Part shown: positions 30,329-41,575 of the stretch, piece by piece
Layout: each line of letters begins with the position of its first letter
How positions within the stretch are numbered: the first letter of the stretch is position 1
NCBI RefSeq assembly: GCF_056712565.1
Contig: NZ_CM160072.1
Direction: 5' to 3' (one strand)
DNA: 64,000 bases
Position numbers and translations under genes: made by a program
The notes under the pieces: generated by a model
What the model was told of the DNA's origin: nothing
The model's input: the letters and a program-made list of their open reading frames with translations, nothing else
Databases searched by the model: none

Positions 30329-32188
30329 TTACTCTTTCACCACAATTAACGGTTCAATATCACTCTCTTTTTTGATGACCAGTGATTCATCACCGCGCAA
30401 ACACGTCCCACCGTAGTTGCCGCCAACGGTGAAAGTACATACCTGAATGTATTTACCGTCCACTTTCGGCAAACACCACAGTTGCTGGTAAATATTTTTC
30501 TGTTCGGCAAATTTACCACTGGTTTTGTCCAGCACCTCTTCATGATGGCTGACCAGGTCAATGTTGCTACCACAGCGCCCGGCAATCGGTTTAACGGCAT
30601 AACCGGTTTTAACCAGCTCATCATTCACGGTGAAGTCAGTATCCAACAGATAACGATGGTGCGGGAACAGCGACCAGAGGATCGGCAGAATCGCTTTGTT
30701 GCCGGGGATCACCGTCCACAGCGGCTCAAAGACCAGCACTTCCGGGCGCAGCAATACGTCGATAAGACGCACTTCATTTTGCGGATGACCGGTCCGAATC
30801 GGCACTGCGGCAAATTCACGGTCGCTCACTTCGCGGATTTGATCAAATGCCGTTTCCCACGCCCAGGTTTTCCATACGCAGTTAACCTGTCGCCCTTCTC
30901 CATCAATCAGTTGCCCGGCAGCATCCCAACGCAGTTCCTCTAACCCGCGTAAAATACGCGTTTCAAAGCCTGCTTGTTGCAGCGCCTGCTCCATAAACTG
31001 CGCGTGATAGTTTTCCTCGATATCTTTGTCCTGCATGATATGGACAAACGGACGTGCACGACTGTGTTTCCAGGCACCAGCCAGTTCGTTAATCAGTCCT
31101 TCCGCAGGATTGAAGCCGTTGCCTTTATAGCCCTGCTCCGCCCAACGTTCGAGGATCAAGCCCGCTTCGGTATGACAGGAGGCAGAATCGGCGTTGTATT
31201 CGTAGACTTTCAGGCCACGTTCATCCATGCAGAAATCCATACGACCAGTGATCATATGATGACGGCGACGCTGCCAGGAGAGACGCAAACGTGGCCAGAG
31301 GATTTTCGGAATGTCGAACAACGCCAGCAGGTTGTCATCTTTCAGCACCTTGTCGGTGGCGTGAAGATACATCAGGTGCAGCTCGTTGGTGGCTTTAATC
31401 AACTCCTGCTCGGCGCTCTCGGTAATGGTGTAGTAATGATACGGATCCTGATTGATCACCTGACCGTTGGCCTGTACATAGGCGTTTTGCAGCGGATCTT
31501 TTTCATCCAGCCATTTACCGTCAAACTGGCCTTTGTTTTCCAGACGCGCCCCGCTGATTTTCAGCAGTTCGCCTGCAATTTCCGGCTGTGGCAAGCTGTA
31601 TTCGGTATCTTCCGTCTGGATCATCCAGCCCAGAATAGTGGTGTCATCGAAGGTGTCTTTCAGGGTATAGCCGCCGTTTTCGACCACCATCTCCAGCTCG
31701 CGTGTCCACTGTTGTCCTTGCGGCAACGGGGTATGAATCACGTTCTGTTCCGCAATACGGACTTTGTTGCCATGCAATTGGGTAATGATGGCGACATGGC
31801 CAGTGTCTTTAAATTCACCGCCTTTATCCCAGATAAGAAGCGCCCCCGCTACCGGTGCACGCGGCGAACCGTTAGGAAATGCCTGCAATGGCAGGATGTT
31901 GTCATTGACCACTTCACGCAGGAAGCGCAGTGAGAAAATCTCCCATGCCATACCCACGTCAGTGAAGACTACACCGTAGTTCAGAAAGAGAAAACGGCGA
32001 GCAAATTCAACGCATTGCCATTTGTGGCCCATATATTCATCGTCGATATAGCTACGGAATACGGCGTCATCTTCGTATTCCTGCGGATCGAGAGAACTGT
32101 AATCTGAAGAGTAGATTGCTACCCCACCTGGGGCGTAGCCCAATAATGTCCCGAACGGGGCATCCTGGCTGGTCGTTCCTTTGCTCAT
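30329..32188 (-). CDS. gss: Bifunctional glutathionylspermidine synthetase/amidase, 619 aa
   Basis: ORF 30329..32191 beginning MMSKGTTSQDAPFG; length and sequence match Gss from memory. Confidence 0.9.
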   Translation of the reverse strand: MSKGTTSQDAPFGTLLGYAPGGVAIYSSDYSSLDPQEYEDDAVFRSYIDDEYMGHKWQCVEFARRFLFLNYGVVFTDVGMAWEIFSLRFLREVVNDNILPLQAFPNGSPRAPVAGALLIWDKGGEFKDTGHVAIITQLHGNKVRIAEQNVIHTPLPQGQQWTRELEMVVENGGYTLKDTFDDTTILGWMIQTEDTEYSLPQPEIAGELLKISGARLENKGQFDGKWLDEKDPLQNAYVQANGQVINQDPYHYYTITESAEQELIKATNELHLMYLHATDKVLKDDNLLALFDIPKILWPRLRLSWQRRRHHMITGRMDFCMDERGLKVYEYNADSASCHTEAGLILERWAEQGYKGNGFNPAEGLINELAGAWKHSRARPFVHIMQDKDIEENYHAQFMEQALQQAGFETRILRGLEELRWDAAGQLIDGEGRQVNCVWKTWAWETAFDQIREVSDREFAAVPIRTGHPQNEVRLIDVLLRPEVLVFEPLWTVIPGNKAILPILWSLFPHHRYLLDTDFTVNDELVKTGYAVKPIAGRCGSNIDLVSHHEEVLDKTSGKFAEQKNIYQQLWCLPKVDGKYIQVCTFTVGGNYGGTCLRGDESLVIKKESDIEPLIVVKE

Positions 32189-32392
32189 CACTTTACCTTT
32201 AACAATACAACCTAAGCAGTTGGCGTAATTGTTGTGCTCTGATTACCTGCTCAGCGACATTAACCGGACAGAGGTCAGACTAATCATACACCTCATCGCA
32301 GCGGCTGGCGCAAAGGGTTAAAAAATTCACATTCTGTACAGCAAGTGACCTGCTACACTGCTTCAACACTACCACTCAGAAGGCAACTCACT

Positions 32393-33259
32393 ATGACAGA
32401 CAATACTTATCAGCCCGCGAAAGTCTGGACGTGGGATAAATCCGCTGGCGGCGCGTTCGCCAATATCAATCGCCCGGTTTCTGGTCCGACGCATGAAAAA
32501 ACGCTGCCGGTGGGCAAACATCCATTGCAACTTTATTCGCTGGGAACGCCGAACGGTCAGAAAGTAACGATTATGCTTGAGGAGCTGCTGGCACTGGGCG
32601 TTACTGGTGCAGAGTACGACGCCTGGCTGATTCGCATTGGCGATGGCGATCAATTCTCCAGCGGCTTTGTCGAAGTGAACCCGAATTCGAAGATCCCGGC
32701 ATTGCGCGATCATACCCATAATCCGCCGATCCGCGTGTTTGAGTCAGGCTCGATTCTGCTTTATCTGGCGGAGAAATTTGGCTACTTCTTGCCGCAGGAT
32801 CTGGCAAAGCGTACTGAAACGATGAGCTGGCTGTTCTGGTTACAGGGCGCGGCACCGTTCCTCGGCGGTGGTTTTGGTCACTTTTACCATTACGCGCCGG
32901 TGAAAATTGAGTACGCCATCAACCGCTTTACTATGGAAGCCAAGCGCCTTCTCGACGTGCTGGATAAGCAACTGGCGCAGCATAAGTTTGTTGCGGGCGA
33001 TGAGTACACCATTGCGGATATGGCGATTTGGCCATGGTTTGGCAATGTGGTGTTAGGCGGCGTATATGATGCCGCAGAGTTTCTTGATGCGGGCAGTTAT
33101 AAGCATGTACAACGCTGGGCGAAAGAAGTGGGCGAACGTCCGGCAGTGAAGCGTGGGCGTATTGTTAACCGCATCAACGGACCGCTGAACGAGCAGTTGC
33201 ATGAACGCCATGACGCCAGTGATTTCGAGACGAATACGGAAGATAAGCGTCAGGGGTAA
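32393..33259 (+). CDS. yghU: Nu-class glutathione S-transferase-like protein, 288 aa
   Basis: ORF 32345..33259 trimmed to ATG at 32393 (MTDNTYQPAKVWTWDK). Confidence 0.9.
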   Translation: MTDNTYQPAKVWTWDKSAGGAFANINRPVSGPTHEKTLPVGKHPLQLYSLGTPNGQKVTIMLEELLALGVTGAEYDAWLIRIGDGDQFSSGFVEVNPNSKIPALRDHTHNPPIRVFESGSILLYLAEKFGYFLPQDLAKRTETMSWLFWLQGAAPFLGGGFGHFYHYAPVKIEYAINRFTMEAKRLLDVLDKQLAQHKFVAGDEYTIADMAIWPWFGNVVLGGVYDAAEFLDAGSYKHVQRWAKEVGERPAVKRGRIVNRINGPLNEQLHERHDASDFETNTEDKRQG

Positions 33260-33297
33260 TGGTTAGCGTTCGTCGCAGCAAGCCATCCAGACCAATG

Positions 33298-33384
33298 TAG
33301 GCCGGATAAGGCGTTCACGCCGCATCCGGCAATCGAGCACAATGCCTGATGCGACGCTGCCGCGTCTTATCAGGCCTACAAAAG
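33298..33384. repeat. REP/BIME palindromic units in yghU-hybG spacer
   Basis: gccggataaggcgttcacgccgcatccggc and gcctgatgcgacgctgccgcgtcttatcaggcctac palindromes typical of REP elements. Confidence 0.6.
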
Positions 33385-33391
33385 CTAATCA

Positions 33392-33640
33392 TCACGCGCT
33401 GGTAATGTCGTAATCCATTTGGCGCAGTGCGTCTAATGTGGCTTTGGCTTCGTCTTCATCGATAATGCTCATGGCAAATCCGACGTGTACCAGTACCCAC
33501 TGGCCCAGCAGATCGGCAGGGTTACCTTCACAAATCAGGGCGATATTCACGTCGCGCTTGATACCACATACTTCAACCTGCGCAAGCTGGTGAATATCTT
33601 CACCGACAGCCAGCACCTGGCCTGGAACGCCAATACACAT
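33392..33640 (-). CDS. hybG: Hydrogenase maturation chaperone HypC-family, 82 aa
   Basis: 82 aa beginning MCIG (conserved N-terminal Cys); end of hyb operon. Confidence 0.9.
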
Positions 33641-33652
33641 TGTTAACTCCGG

Positions 33653-33994
33653 TTATTCAACTTCAATACTTTTGACGATTAGCGAATCGCCGGTATCGAC
33701 ACGCAACCGCTCGCCATGACAGATCGGACACTGCGCATCGTGCTGATGAATCTCCACCACCTGGCTGCAATCCCAACACCAGGCCTGGGCGGGTTTATAG
33801 ACGATATGTAAATCGCACCCTTGCGCTACCGTTCCGTGGCAGACAATTTCAAAACTAAAACGGACGGCGCTCTCCTCAACGCAGGAGAGTGCACCAATTT
33901 CCAGCCACACGGCGGTGACGCGCTTAACATCGTGCTGCTCCGCCTGCCGTTGGATAATTTCAACGGCGCTCTGGCAAAGCGACAACTCATGCAT
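33653..33994 (-). CDS. hybF: Hydrogenase nickel-incorporation protein (HypA paralog), 113 aa
   Basis: ORF trimmed to MHELSLCQSAVEI; CxxC...CxxC zinc motif. Confidence 0.9.
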   Translation of the reverse strand: MHELSLCQSAVEIIQRQAEQHDVKRVTAVWLEIGALSCVEESAVRFSFEIVCHGTVAQGCDLHIVYKPAQAWCWDCSQVVEIHQHDAQCPICHGERLRVDTGDSLIVKSIEVE

Positions 33995-34475
33995 TTTCGC
34001 CACTCCTGCGGCCAAATAGCAGGGCACGACGCCCTGCGTGTGGTACATCCGGATTGGTGACTGGCAGCGAAAGGATCATTCGGGCGCAGTCATCCGTCAG
34101 CCGTTGGCCCTCTTCAATCGACATGCTGTGCGAAAGCGGCGACATCAGCGAGCAGGAGAGGTATTGCGAAACACCATCCAGTTCACCAACAGTAAAGGTC
34201 ATAGTGCCATACGGCAGTTGCAGACCAATTTTTTCACTCACTTTGCGCAGCGGCCAGAGTTGATCCGGGCCGGGGAAGATAACTGCACTCAGCATCCACG
34301 GGGTGATCACACACCCCGTCCACTGACCTTCGAACAGCGTAAAGTCAGAAACATACACCGGCATTGAAGGATGCAGAAAAGAGAGATCATGCATCGAACG
34401 CCGGGCAATTTCTTCAAAAGCTGCCTGTACTTGCACCTTCGGGGAGGTCTGGAAACCTGCTATCTCTTCAGTCAT
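33987..34475 (-). CDS. hybE: Hydrogenase-2 operon chaperone HybE, 162 aa
   Basis: ORF trimmed to MTEEIAGFQ; operon position. Confidence 0.88.
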   Translation of the reverse strand: MTEEIAGFQTSPKVQVQAAFEEIARRSMHDLSFLHPSMPVYVSDFTLFEGQWTGCVITPWMLSAVIFPGPDQLWPLRKVSEKIGLQLPYGTMTFTVGELDGVSQYLSCSLMSPLSHSMSIEEGQRLTDDCARMILSLPVTNPDVPHAGRRALLFGRRSGENA

Positions 34476-34962
34476 GAGTCGCCTCCCGTGGGATAGCTTC
34501 CACGCCTGATTCGCGCAGCGCAGCCAGAACCTGCTCAAGCGCAGGTTCAATCATCGCTTCGACCGTCGGCGTCAAACCGATGTGCGGCTCCAGTGATTCC
34601 GGGATCACGCCGACCAGGGTCAGCTTTTTCGGAAACTCGCCGGTGAAGCGCAGGGCCGACAATACGTCGGCCAGGCCAAGCTGATGCGGAGAGATTTTGT
34701 TGGTAAACAACGCCGGAACTTCTTCATCCCGCAGGATCATCATCGTTCCCGGCGCGTTCTTTTTCGAGACAATGGCATCCGCAATAATCAGATGATCGCG
34801 ATTTGCCATGTCGCCAAGCAGCTCCATTCCCGCCGTGCCGCCATCGAGGATCTCAACATAATCCGGCAGAATGTATCGTTGCTCTAACGCTTCAACAATC
34901 CGCACACCGATGGCTTCATCGGTCAGCAAAATATTGCCGACCCCTAAGACTAAAATACGCAT
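34468..34962 (-). CDS. hybD: Hydrogenase-2 maturation endopeptidase, 164 aa
   Basis: ORF trimmed to MRILVLGVGN; start overlaps hybC stop. Confidence 0.9.
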   Translation of the reverse strand: MRILVLGVGNILLTDEAIGVRIVEALEQRYILPDYVEILDGGTAGMELLGDMANRDHLIIADAIVSKKNAPGTMMILRDEEVPALFTNKISPHQLGLADVLSALRFTGEFPKKLTLVGVIPESLEPHIGLTPTVEAMIEPALEQVLAALRESGVEAIPREATHD

Positions 34963-36665
34963 TACAGAACCTTCACTGAAACCACTTCGTTGCCGTCGGC
35001 ATCCACTACGTGTACCGCACAGGCCATGCACGGGTCGAAGGAGTGAATGGTACGCACCACTTCCAGCGGTTTATTCGGATCGGCAACCGGTGTACCCACC
35101 AGCGACTGCTCGTAAGGACCGACGTCATCATTGAAGTTACGCGGGCCAGAGTTCCAGGTTGATGGAACAACTGCCTGGTAGTTGCTGATGATACCGTCTT
35201 TGATCACCATCCAGTGAGAGAGCATACCGCGCGGTGCTTCGAGGAAGCCTACGCCTTTGAACTCACCCGTTGCCGGAATGTTCGGCTTCACAAAGGTGGT
35301 GTGATCGCCTTTGCCGATATTGGTGATCAGTGCACTGTATTGATTTTGCAGGATATCCTGCAATTCACAGCAGTGAACGGTACGACCAATAATACGGCCC
35401 AGCGTGGAGTGCAACTGCGCCACTTCCAGCGTGTTGCCAGTCAGTTTCTGATAAATCGCAACGATTTCATTCAGTTTGTTCTGGGTAGACTCGCGTCCTG
35501 CCGCCAGTTTCACCAGCATATTAGCCAGCGGACCCACTTCTACCGTTTTGCCGTAGAAAGTCGGTGATTTCACCCAGGAATATTTACCGTCGTCAGACCA
35601 ACCATCATAAGCCGGAATGGTGGTACCTTCCCACGGTGCCTGCGGCGCTTCGTCTTTATACCAGGAGTGCTTCGCGCTTTCCTGAATCCCTTTGATCAGG
35701 TATTCATCGGAATGAGAAGTGATCGGACGATACGAGGACAGATCCGCATTCTCAATGTAGCCGCCCGGGAACAGGAAGCTGCCATTTTTACTGTCGGTCG
35801 GGAATTCCGGCACGCTCAGGTAGTTCACCGCACCTTTACCGCGCGTCAGCCATTCCGGGTAGAACGCAGCGATAACTGCAGTATCAACCTTGTAAACCTG
35901 CTCAACAAAGTCGCTCAGCTTGTCGATGAAGGACTTGATGTACATCAGGCGCTCAAGGTTCAGCACACCCAGACCGTCGAGGTTGATCGGGTTCGCGACA
36001 CCACCTACCGCCAGGTTCTGAATATGCGGCGTTTTACCGCCCAGCAGCGCCACAACGCGGTTAGCGTCACGCTGGCACTCCAGCGCCTGCAGGTAGTGCG
36101 CTACCGCAATCAGGTTCACTTCCGGCGGCAGTTTCATTGCCGGGTGACCCCAGTAGCCATTGGCGAAAATACCCAACTGACCGCTGGCAACCAGATCTTT
36201 GATCTTGTTCTGAACTTTGGTGAACTCTTCCGGGCTGTTCAGATGCCAGGTCGAAACGCCTTTCAGCATTTCGGAGGCTTTGGTCGGATCGGCTTGCAGT
36301 GCAGAAGTGATGTCCACCCAGTCCAGCGCCGAAAGCTGATAGAAATGAACAATATGGTCATGCGTGGTGTGCGCAGCCAGAATGATGTTACGGATGTATT
36401 GCGCGTTAACCGGAACGTCGATATTCAGCGCACTTTCTGCCGCACGAACGGAAGACAGCGCGTGAGTGGTAGTACATACGCCACAGATACGTTGCACAAT
36501 CATCCATGCATCGCGCGGATCGCGGTTTTTCACGATCTCTTCCATGCCGCGCCACATGGTACCGGAAGCCCATGCTTTCGAAACGACGCCATTTTCGATT
36601 TCGCAATCGATGCGTAAATGCCCTTCAATACGGGTTACCGGATCAATAGTAATTCTCTGGCTCAT
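34962..36665 (-). CDS. hybC: [NiFe] hydrogenase-2 large subunit, 567 aa
   Basis: N-terminal RIEGH and C-terminal DPCMACAVH nickel-binding motifs. Confidence 0.95.
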   Translation of the reverse strand: MSQRITIDPVTRIEGHLRIDCEIENGVVSKAWASGTMWRGMEEIVKNRDPRDAWMIVQRICGVCTTTHALSSVRAAESALNIDVPVNAQYIRNIILAAHTTHDHIVHFYQLSALDWVDITSALQADPTKASEMLKGVSTWHLNSPEEFTKVQNKIKDLVASGQLGIFANGYWGHPAMKLPPEVNLIAVAHYLQALECQRDANRVVALLGGKTPHIQNLAVGGVANPINLDGLGVLNLERLMYIKSFIDKLSDFVEQVYKVDTAVIAAFYPEWLTRGKGAVNYLSVPEFPTDSKNGSFLFPGGYIENADLSSYRPITSHSDEYLIKGIQESAKHSWYKDEAPQAPWEGTTIPAYDGWSDDGKYSWVKSPTFYGKTVEVGPLANMLVKLAAGRESTQNKLNEIVAIYQKLTGNTLEVAQLHSTLGRIIGRTVHCCELQDILQNQYSALITNIGKGDHTTFVKPNIPATGEFKGVGFLEAPRGMLSHWMVIKDGIISNYQAVVPSTWNSGPRNFNDDVGPYEQSLVGTPVADPNKPLEVVRTIHSFDPCMACAVHVVDADGNEVVSVKVL

Positions 36666-37840
36666 GCTTTGCTCGCCTCATGACGATTATGATCGTTTTG
36701 TTTTAAAGGAGGAAGTATCGGCAGTAGACGAATGAGTACGATATAAGCGCAAATCTCAATAGCCACAAAACCAATAGAAATCAACAGTTCTTCCCAGGTC
36801 GGGAAGTAGGCGTAACCGCCACCCGGGTTGAATGCCACCAGCGAATAGGTCAGACGCCAGGTTGCACAACCTAACAGTGCACTCAGTGCTGACAGGAACA
36901 GCATGCGGGAATCATTACGCAACTTCGCCACACGCAGAACGACCAGCGGGAAGAGCATCAGCAGGACTTCAATCCAGAACATCACGGAGTAGAAGTCACC
37001 GGCAAACGCTAACGACAGCTTGTCGCGATAGATAAGCTCGCCAAAGCGCAGCACGATGAAAATCGCCAGCAACACACTGATGGTATTGGTCAGCTTAACG
37101 AACAGACTCTTTTCATCCGGACCGTTGCCACGCAGACCCGCCTGCACCAACGAACCTTCAAAGATGACAATCGAGAAGCCCATGATGAACGCCGTCAGCA
37201 GCGAGAACAGCGGCAACATTTCATAGCTTTGCCACAGCGGATGCACCTTGTAGCCCGCCGAGATCATCAGCGATCCCATTGAAGACTGGTGCATAGTTGG
37301 CAGCAGCGCACCAAGCGCGATGATAAAGAACATCACCTTGTTCAGACGTTTGAGTGACAGCTTCCAGCCCAGACGTTCAAACAATGCCGGAGCAAACTCC
37401 AGTGCCATCACACCGATGTAGATGGTCATACAGACCGCCGTCTCGAACAGTACCGAGTTCACGTTGAAGTGACCCGGAATGTAGAAGTACGGCAGGTTCC
37501 AGTAGCGACCCACGTCGATAGTGATCGACAAGCCACCCAGTGAATAACCAAACAGACTCGCCAACAGCGCCGGACGCACCAGCGGATGGTATTGCCCACG
37601 GTTAAAGACGTATACTGCCCACGCCAGCGCCCAGCCGCCACAGGCAAAGCCGGTACCGATCAGCAGGTCAAACGCGATCCACACGCCCCACGGGAAGCCG
37701 CCGTTCAGGTCGGAGACAGAGCCCAGACCGAACACCAGACGCTTCACAATCAGGAGCATACAGATGACGATTAACGGTCCAAAAATCATGACCGGTTTAC
37801 TGATGATTTTGCCGCCCAGCGGTTGTGGATCATGACTCAT
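36662..37840 (-). CDS. hybB: Hydrogenase-2 integral membrane subunit, 392 aa
   Basis: Polytopic NrfD/PsrC-like membrane protein; operon position. Confidence 0.9.
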   Translation of the reverse strand: MSHDPQPLGGKIISKPVMIFGPLIVICMLLIVKRLVFGLGSVSDLNGGFPWGVWIAFDLLIGTGFACGGWALAWAVYVFNRGQYHPLVRPALLASLFGYSLGGLSITIDVGRYWNLPYFYIPGHFNVNSVLFETAVCMTIYIGVMALEFAPALFERLGWKLSLKRLNKVMFFIIALGALLPTMHQSSMGSLMISAGYKVHPLWQSYEMLPLFSLLTAFIMGFSIVIFEGSLVQAGLRGNGPDEKSLFVKLTNTISVLLAIFIVLRFGELIYRDKLSLAFAGDFYSVMFWIEVLLMLFPLVVLRVAKLRNDSRMLFLSALSALLGCATWRLTYSLVAFNPGGGYAYFPTWEELLISIGFVAIEICAYIVLIRLLPILPPLKQNDHNRHEASKA

Positions 37841-38816
37841 GATCGTCTCCTCCGTCGTGATGGTCGTTTTTAGTGTTGCGACGAACCAGCACGGTTAAGC
37901 CCGCCAGCACAGCCAGTGGTAGCATCATGCCTTTATACAGGGTGTGTTGGACATGTTCGGAACGCGCACCAGTAGAAAGATCGTCCAGTTTCGGCAGGTC
38001 GAGATTTTCATAAGGCACACCCGTCAGTACCAGAACCTGAGTACCGCCGCCCTCTTTCTCGCCGTACAGATGCGGATAATATTTCGGCACCGTATGCAGG
38101 TAAGTGTCGCCAGATTTCAGCGTCTGACGCGGATAGTGGTATTCGCTGCCCGGCTTCAGCGCCAGACGTTTTTTCGCCTCCGCCATCAGCTCTTCACGCG
38201 TACCAAAAATCACCGCGCCCGCCGGGCACACTTCTACGCAGCCAGGCAGACCGCCTTTATCGAGACGTTCCACACCTTTCTGGTTGCACAACTCGCACTT
38301 ATGCAGCGCACCAAACGGGTTGTTGTAGTCGTACTTCGGCACGTTGTATGGGCAGGCGACCATGCAGTAACGGCAGCCGGTGCACACATCTTTGTCGTAA
38401 TGGACAATGCCGGTTTTCGGATCTTTTTTCAGCGCAGAGACCGGGCACACAGAGACACAGTTCGGATCGACGCAGTGCATACACTGTTTCTTAATGTACG
38501 CGTAGCCATTCTCCTCCTGGTCTTTGTTGACCCCTGTGCCGCTGGTCCACACCTGAATGATGTTATTGGTATACGGCGACAGTTTGTCGTTGTTCGACCA
38601 GGTCTGTTCCCCTTGCGGGTTACGTTCAGGGAAGTTGATATCCTGACACTTGGTGACGCAAGCCTGGCAGCCTACGCACAAGGTCGAGTCGTACAACATC
38701 CCCAGCGATCCCGGAATTGGCGGGCGGTTTTCAGCAGCCGCATGACTGACAGACGGCAGCGCGCCCGTCAGCAATGCCCCGCAGGAGGCTGCTTTAATAA
38801 AATTACGTCTGTTCAC
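37830..38816 (-). CDS. hybA: Hydrogenase-2 4Fe-4S ferredoxin-type subunit with Tat signal, 328 aa
   Basis: Tat motif NRRNFIK; multiple CxxCxxCxxxCP motifs. Confidence 0.92.
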   Translation of the reverse strand: MNRRNFIKAASCGALLTGALPSVSHAAAENRPPIPGSLGMLYDSTLCVGCQACVTKCQDINFPERNPQGEQTWSNNDKLSPYTNNIIQVWTSGTGVNKDQEENGYAYIKKQCMHCVDPNCVSVCPVSALKKDPKTGIVHYDKDVCTGCRYCMVACPYNVPKYDYNNPFGALHKCELCNQKGVERLDKGGLPGCVEVCPAGAVIFGTREELMAEAKKRLALKPGSEYHYPRQTLKSGDTYLHTVPKYYPHLYGEKEGGGTQVLVLTGVPYENLDLPKLDDLSTGARSEHVQHTLYKGMMLPLAVLAGLTVLVRRNTKNDHHDGGDDHES

Positions 38817-38818
38817 GG

Positions 38819-39937
38819 TTATTCTCCCCGTGAGTCAGCGTTATCTTTCTTTTGCTGACGACCCAGTTCACGCACCGCCATCACGCTGACACCGGCAACC
38901 AGCCCAACCACACCGCCGAGCAAACCAATAGCGCCTGCCGAGACGTTGCCGCCTTCTTTAGCGTTAACGTCCGGTTTCTGTGAACGCGGAGTCTGGTTTT
39001 CGACGTTGGCAAGCTGATGGATGCCTTTATGGAAGCCGATACCTTCTTCGTTACAGCCATAGCACGGGTGACCAATCGCTACCGGCCACACGCCGCCAAC
39101 ATCGCAGAATTGCAGCGTTGAGCAGTTGCCGTAAGTTTCTGGCCCTTTACAGCCGAGGTGGTACAGGCACCAGCCTTCGCGGTGACCTTCATCACCGAAC
39201 TCTTTGGCAAAACGACCAGCATCGAAGTGCGGGCGACGTTCACAGTGTTCGTGAATCAGACGACCATAGGCGAAAGTCGGACGGTTTTTGTCATCCAGTT
39301 TCGGCGGTTTGCCGTAAGTGATGATGTGCGCAACGGTCGCGAGGAAGTTGTGCGGGTTCGGCGGGCAGCCAGGAATATTGATAACGGTTTTGCCCGGTAG
39401 AACTTCTTGCAGGCTGACTGCGCCAGTTGGGTTAACTCCAGCTGCGGCAACACCGCCCCACGCAGAGCAGGAACCGATAGCGATAATGGCTGCTGCGCCT
39501 TCCGCCGCTTTGCGGATGTGATCCACAATCGGCTCACCGGCAACCATGCAATAAATACCGTTATCTTTTAATGGGATGGAACCATCCACCACTAACACAT
39601 ACTGCCCTTTGTACTTCTCGAGAGCGTTATGTTTGTTCTCTTCGACCTGATGACCGAAGGCGGCGGAAAGCACTTCGTGATACTCCAGAGAGATAGTCTC
39701 CAGCACGAGGTTTTCTACCGTTGGATGCGTTGCACGAAGCAGAGATTCCGTACAACCGGTGCACTCCTGCGCGCCAATCCAGATAACTGGCGGACGCTGC
39801 GGGTTAGTAACCGATTCGGCCATCTCTGCAGCGGCTTTGCTACTTAACCCCATGGTGGCGGCTAATGCTGCACAAAGCTTCATGAAATCACGACGGTTAA
39901 TGCCGTGAGAATGGATGAGGGTGTTATCTCCAGTCAT
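38819..39937 (-). CDS. hybO: [NiFe] hydrogenase-2 small subunit with Tat signal, 372 aa
   Basis: Tat motif RRDFMK; Cys-rich small-subunit fold. Confidence 0.92.
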   Translation of the reverse strand: MTGDNTLIHSHGINRRDFMKLCAALAATMGLSSKAAAEMAESVTNPQRPPVIWIGAQECTGCTESLLRATHPTVENLVLETISLEYHEVLSAAFGHQVEENKHNALEKYKGQYVLVVDGSIPLKDNGIYCMVAGEPIVDHIRKAAEGAAAIIAIGSCSAWGGVAAAGVNPTGAVSLQEVLPGKTVINIPGCPPNPHNFLATVAHIITYGKPPKLDDKNRPTFAYGRLIHEHCERRPHFDAGRFAKEFGDEGHREGWCLYHLGCKGPETYGNCSTLQFCDVGGVWPVAIGHPCYGCNEEGIGFHKGIHQLANVENQTPRSQKPDVNAKEGGNVSAGAIGLLGGVVGLVAGVSVMAVRELGRQQKKDNADSRGE

Positions 39938-40125
39938 TTATAGTTATTCCGTTGCGAAGACCTGGCATATATTTTGCCTCAATCGCAAAATCAATAATGC
40001 GATCGATGCGCCATTTACCACACATTTATTATGGTTATCGATATCATGATACTGCGGCGGGGCACTAAAACGAAGGGAAGAAGCATTAGTGTAATTAATT
40101 AAAGCAAGATAATACGTATGTTTGA

Positions 40126-40413
40126 TCAATTTTCTAGGCGATAACCGGCCATAAAAAAGCGCAACGTAGAACAGGAATTATTCTCACGAAAGAAATCCAT
40201 TACCATCTCTTTATCCAGTCCATAACGGCGCGTCAGAATACCCGCTTCCCAGGCGCTAAGCTGGCGATCTCCGGTCTTTTCGTACATCCGGTGTGAGTAG
40301 CCTAATACAAAACCGCGTTTATAATCGGCACAGAATTTTGTCACATTAACCGCACTGTCAGCATGCGTTGCTTTTAATCCCGCCATTAAGCCTTTACCAA
40401 AATGGTTATTCAT
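40126..40413 (-). CDS. yghW: Small conserved protein YghW, 95 aa
   Basis: 95-aa ORF at the expected position upstream of hyb operon. Confidence 0.75.
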
Positions 40414-40531
40414 CGTTCACCTCATTCGTTATATATTGTCATATATAGCGATATTTTAGGCAAAGAACGACATTTGCGCACGCTATTTTTTCATGCTTGT
40501 TTAAGACGTAATCCTGTAAGAGATAAACCCA

Positions 40532-41419
40532 TCAGGAGAGATATTTATCGAACCATTTCAGCGTCCTTTGCCAGGCAAGATCGGCGGCAGATTTGTCATA
40601 ACGGGGCGTGGAATCATTATGGAATCCGTGATTAACCTCCGGATATATATACGCCTCATAGACCTTATTATTGGCTTTCAACGCCGCCTCGTAAGCGGGC
40701 CAGCCCTCGTTGATTCGGCTATCCAGTTCAGCGTAGTGGAGCAGTAAAGGCGCTTCAATCTTCGCCACATCGGCAGTGGGTGCCTGACGCCCATAAAACG
40801 GCACCGCGCAGGCCAGTTCCGGATACGCGACTGCTGCCGCGTTCGATACGCCCCCGCCATAGCAAAATCCGCTAATACCCACTTTGCCTGTCGCTTGCGG
40901 ATAGCGTTGCATAAACTCAATTGCGGCAAAGAAATCATTCATCAGTTTGGTTGGATCAACCTGCTGTTGCAGTTCGCGGCCTTTATCATCGTTACCAGGA
41001 TAGCCACCTACTGAGCTTAAACCGTCTGGCGCCAGGGCGATGTACCCCGCCTTCGCCACTCGCCGCGTCACATCTTCGATATACGGATTCAGCCCTCGAT
41101 TCTCATGCACCACTACCACGGCTGGCGTTTTGCCGCTCATTTTTGCGGGCTTCACCAGATAACCCCGTACCTCGCCGTGACCATTTGGCGAGGGATACGT
41201 GATGTACTCTGCAACAATTTCCGGGTCGGTAAACTCTACCTGAGTCGCCAGCGCATAATTTGGCTTGAGCAAATCAAACAGCGCTAATGCCGTCATCCCG
41301 CCCACTGCATACTTCGCCGCAAGGTTGAGGAACTCACGTTTCGAGATTTTCCCGTGAGCGTAATAGTCGTAGTAATCCAGCAACTCTTGTGGGAAATCTT
41401 TGGCGGTTAAACGCGGCAT
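40532..41419 (-). CDS. yghX: Dienelactone hydrolase-family protein, intact, about 295 aa
   Basis: ORF 40532..41458 trimmed to ATG 41419 preceded by gaggag RBS; alpha/beta hydrolase with GFCYGG nucleophile-elbow-like motif. Confidence 0.8.
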   Translation of the reverse strand: MPRLTAKDFPQELLDYYDYYAHGKISKREFLNLAAKYAVGGMTALALFDLLKPNYALATQVEFTDPEIVAEYITYPSPNGHGEVRGYLVKPAKMSGKTPAVVVVHENRGLNPYIEDVTRRVAKAGYIALAPDGLSSVGGYPGNDDKGRELQQQVDPTKLMNDFFAAIEFMQRYPQATGKVGISGFCYGGGVSNAAAVAYPELACAVPFYGRQAPTADVAKIEAPLLLHYAELDSRINEGWPAYEAALKANNKVYEAYIYPEVNHGFHNDSTPRYDKSAADLAWQRTLKWFDKYLS

Positions 41420-41575
41420 CGTTGCACTCCTCAACTGGTGTTTTTTTAAGCAAAGCATAAGCGCGTGTTTTTGCCCAGTTTTTCGTCACTCTGTGAGCCA
41501 GACTACGGGATACGCGCTGGCGAATCGCTAAACTAGAAACATTGTTTCGAAATTGAATGGTGGAAAGGAGAGGTC

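Noticed and set aside
30974..31933. 319-aa + strand ORF antisense to gss
   Set aside because: Fully embedded in the opposite strand of gss; no RBS or family resemblance; composition typical of antisense shadow ORFs
35667..36617. 316-aa + strand ORF antisense to hybC, and 37944..38858 antisense to hybA
   Set aside because: Embedded opposite conserved hydrogenase genes; Arg/Val/His-rich translations with no recognisable domain
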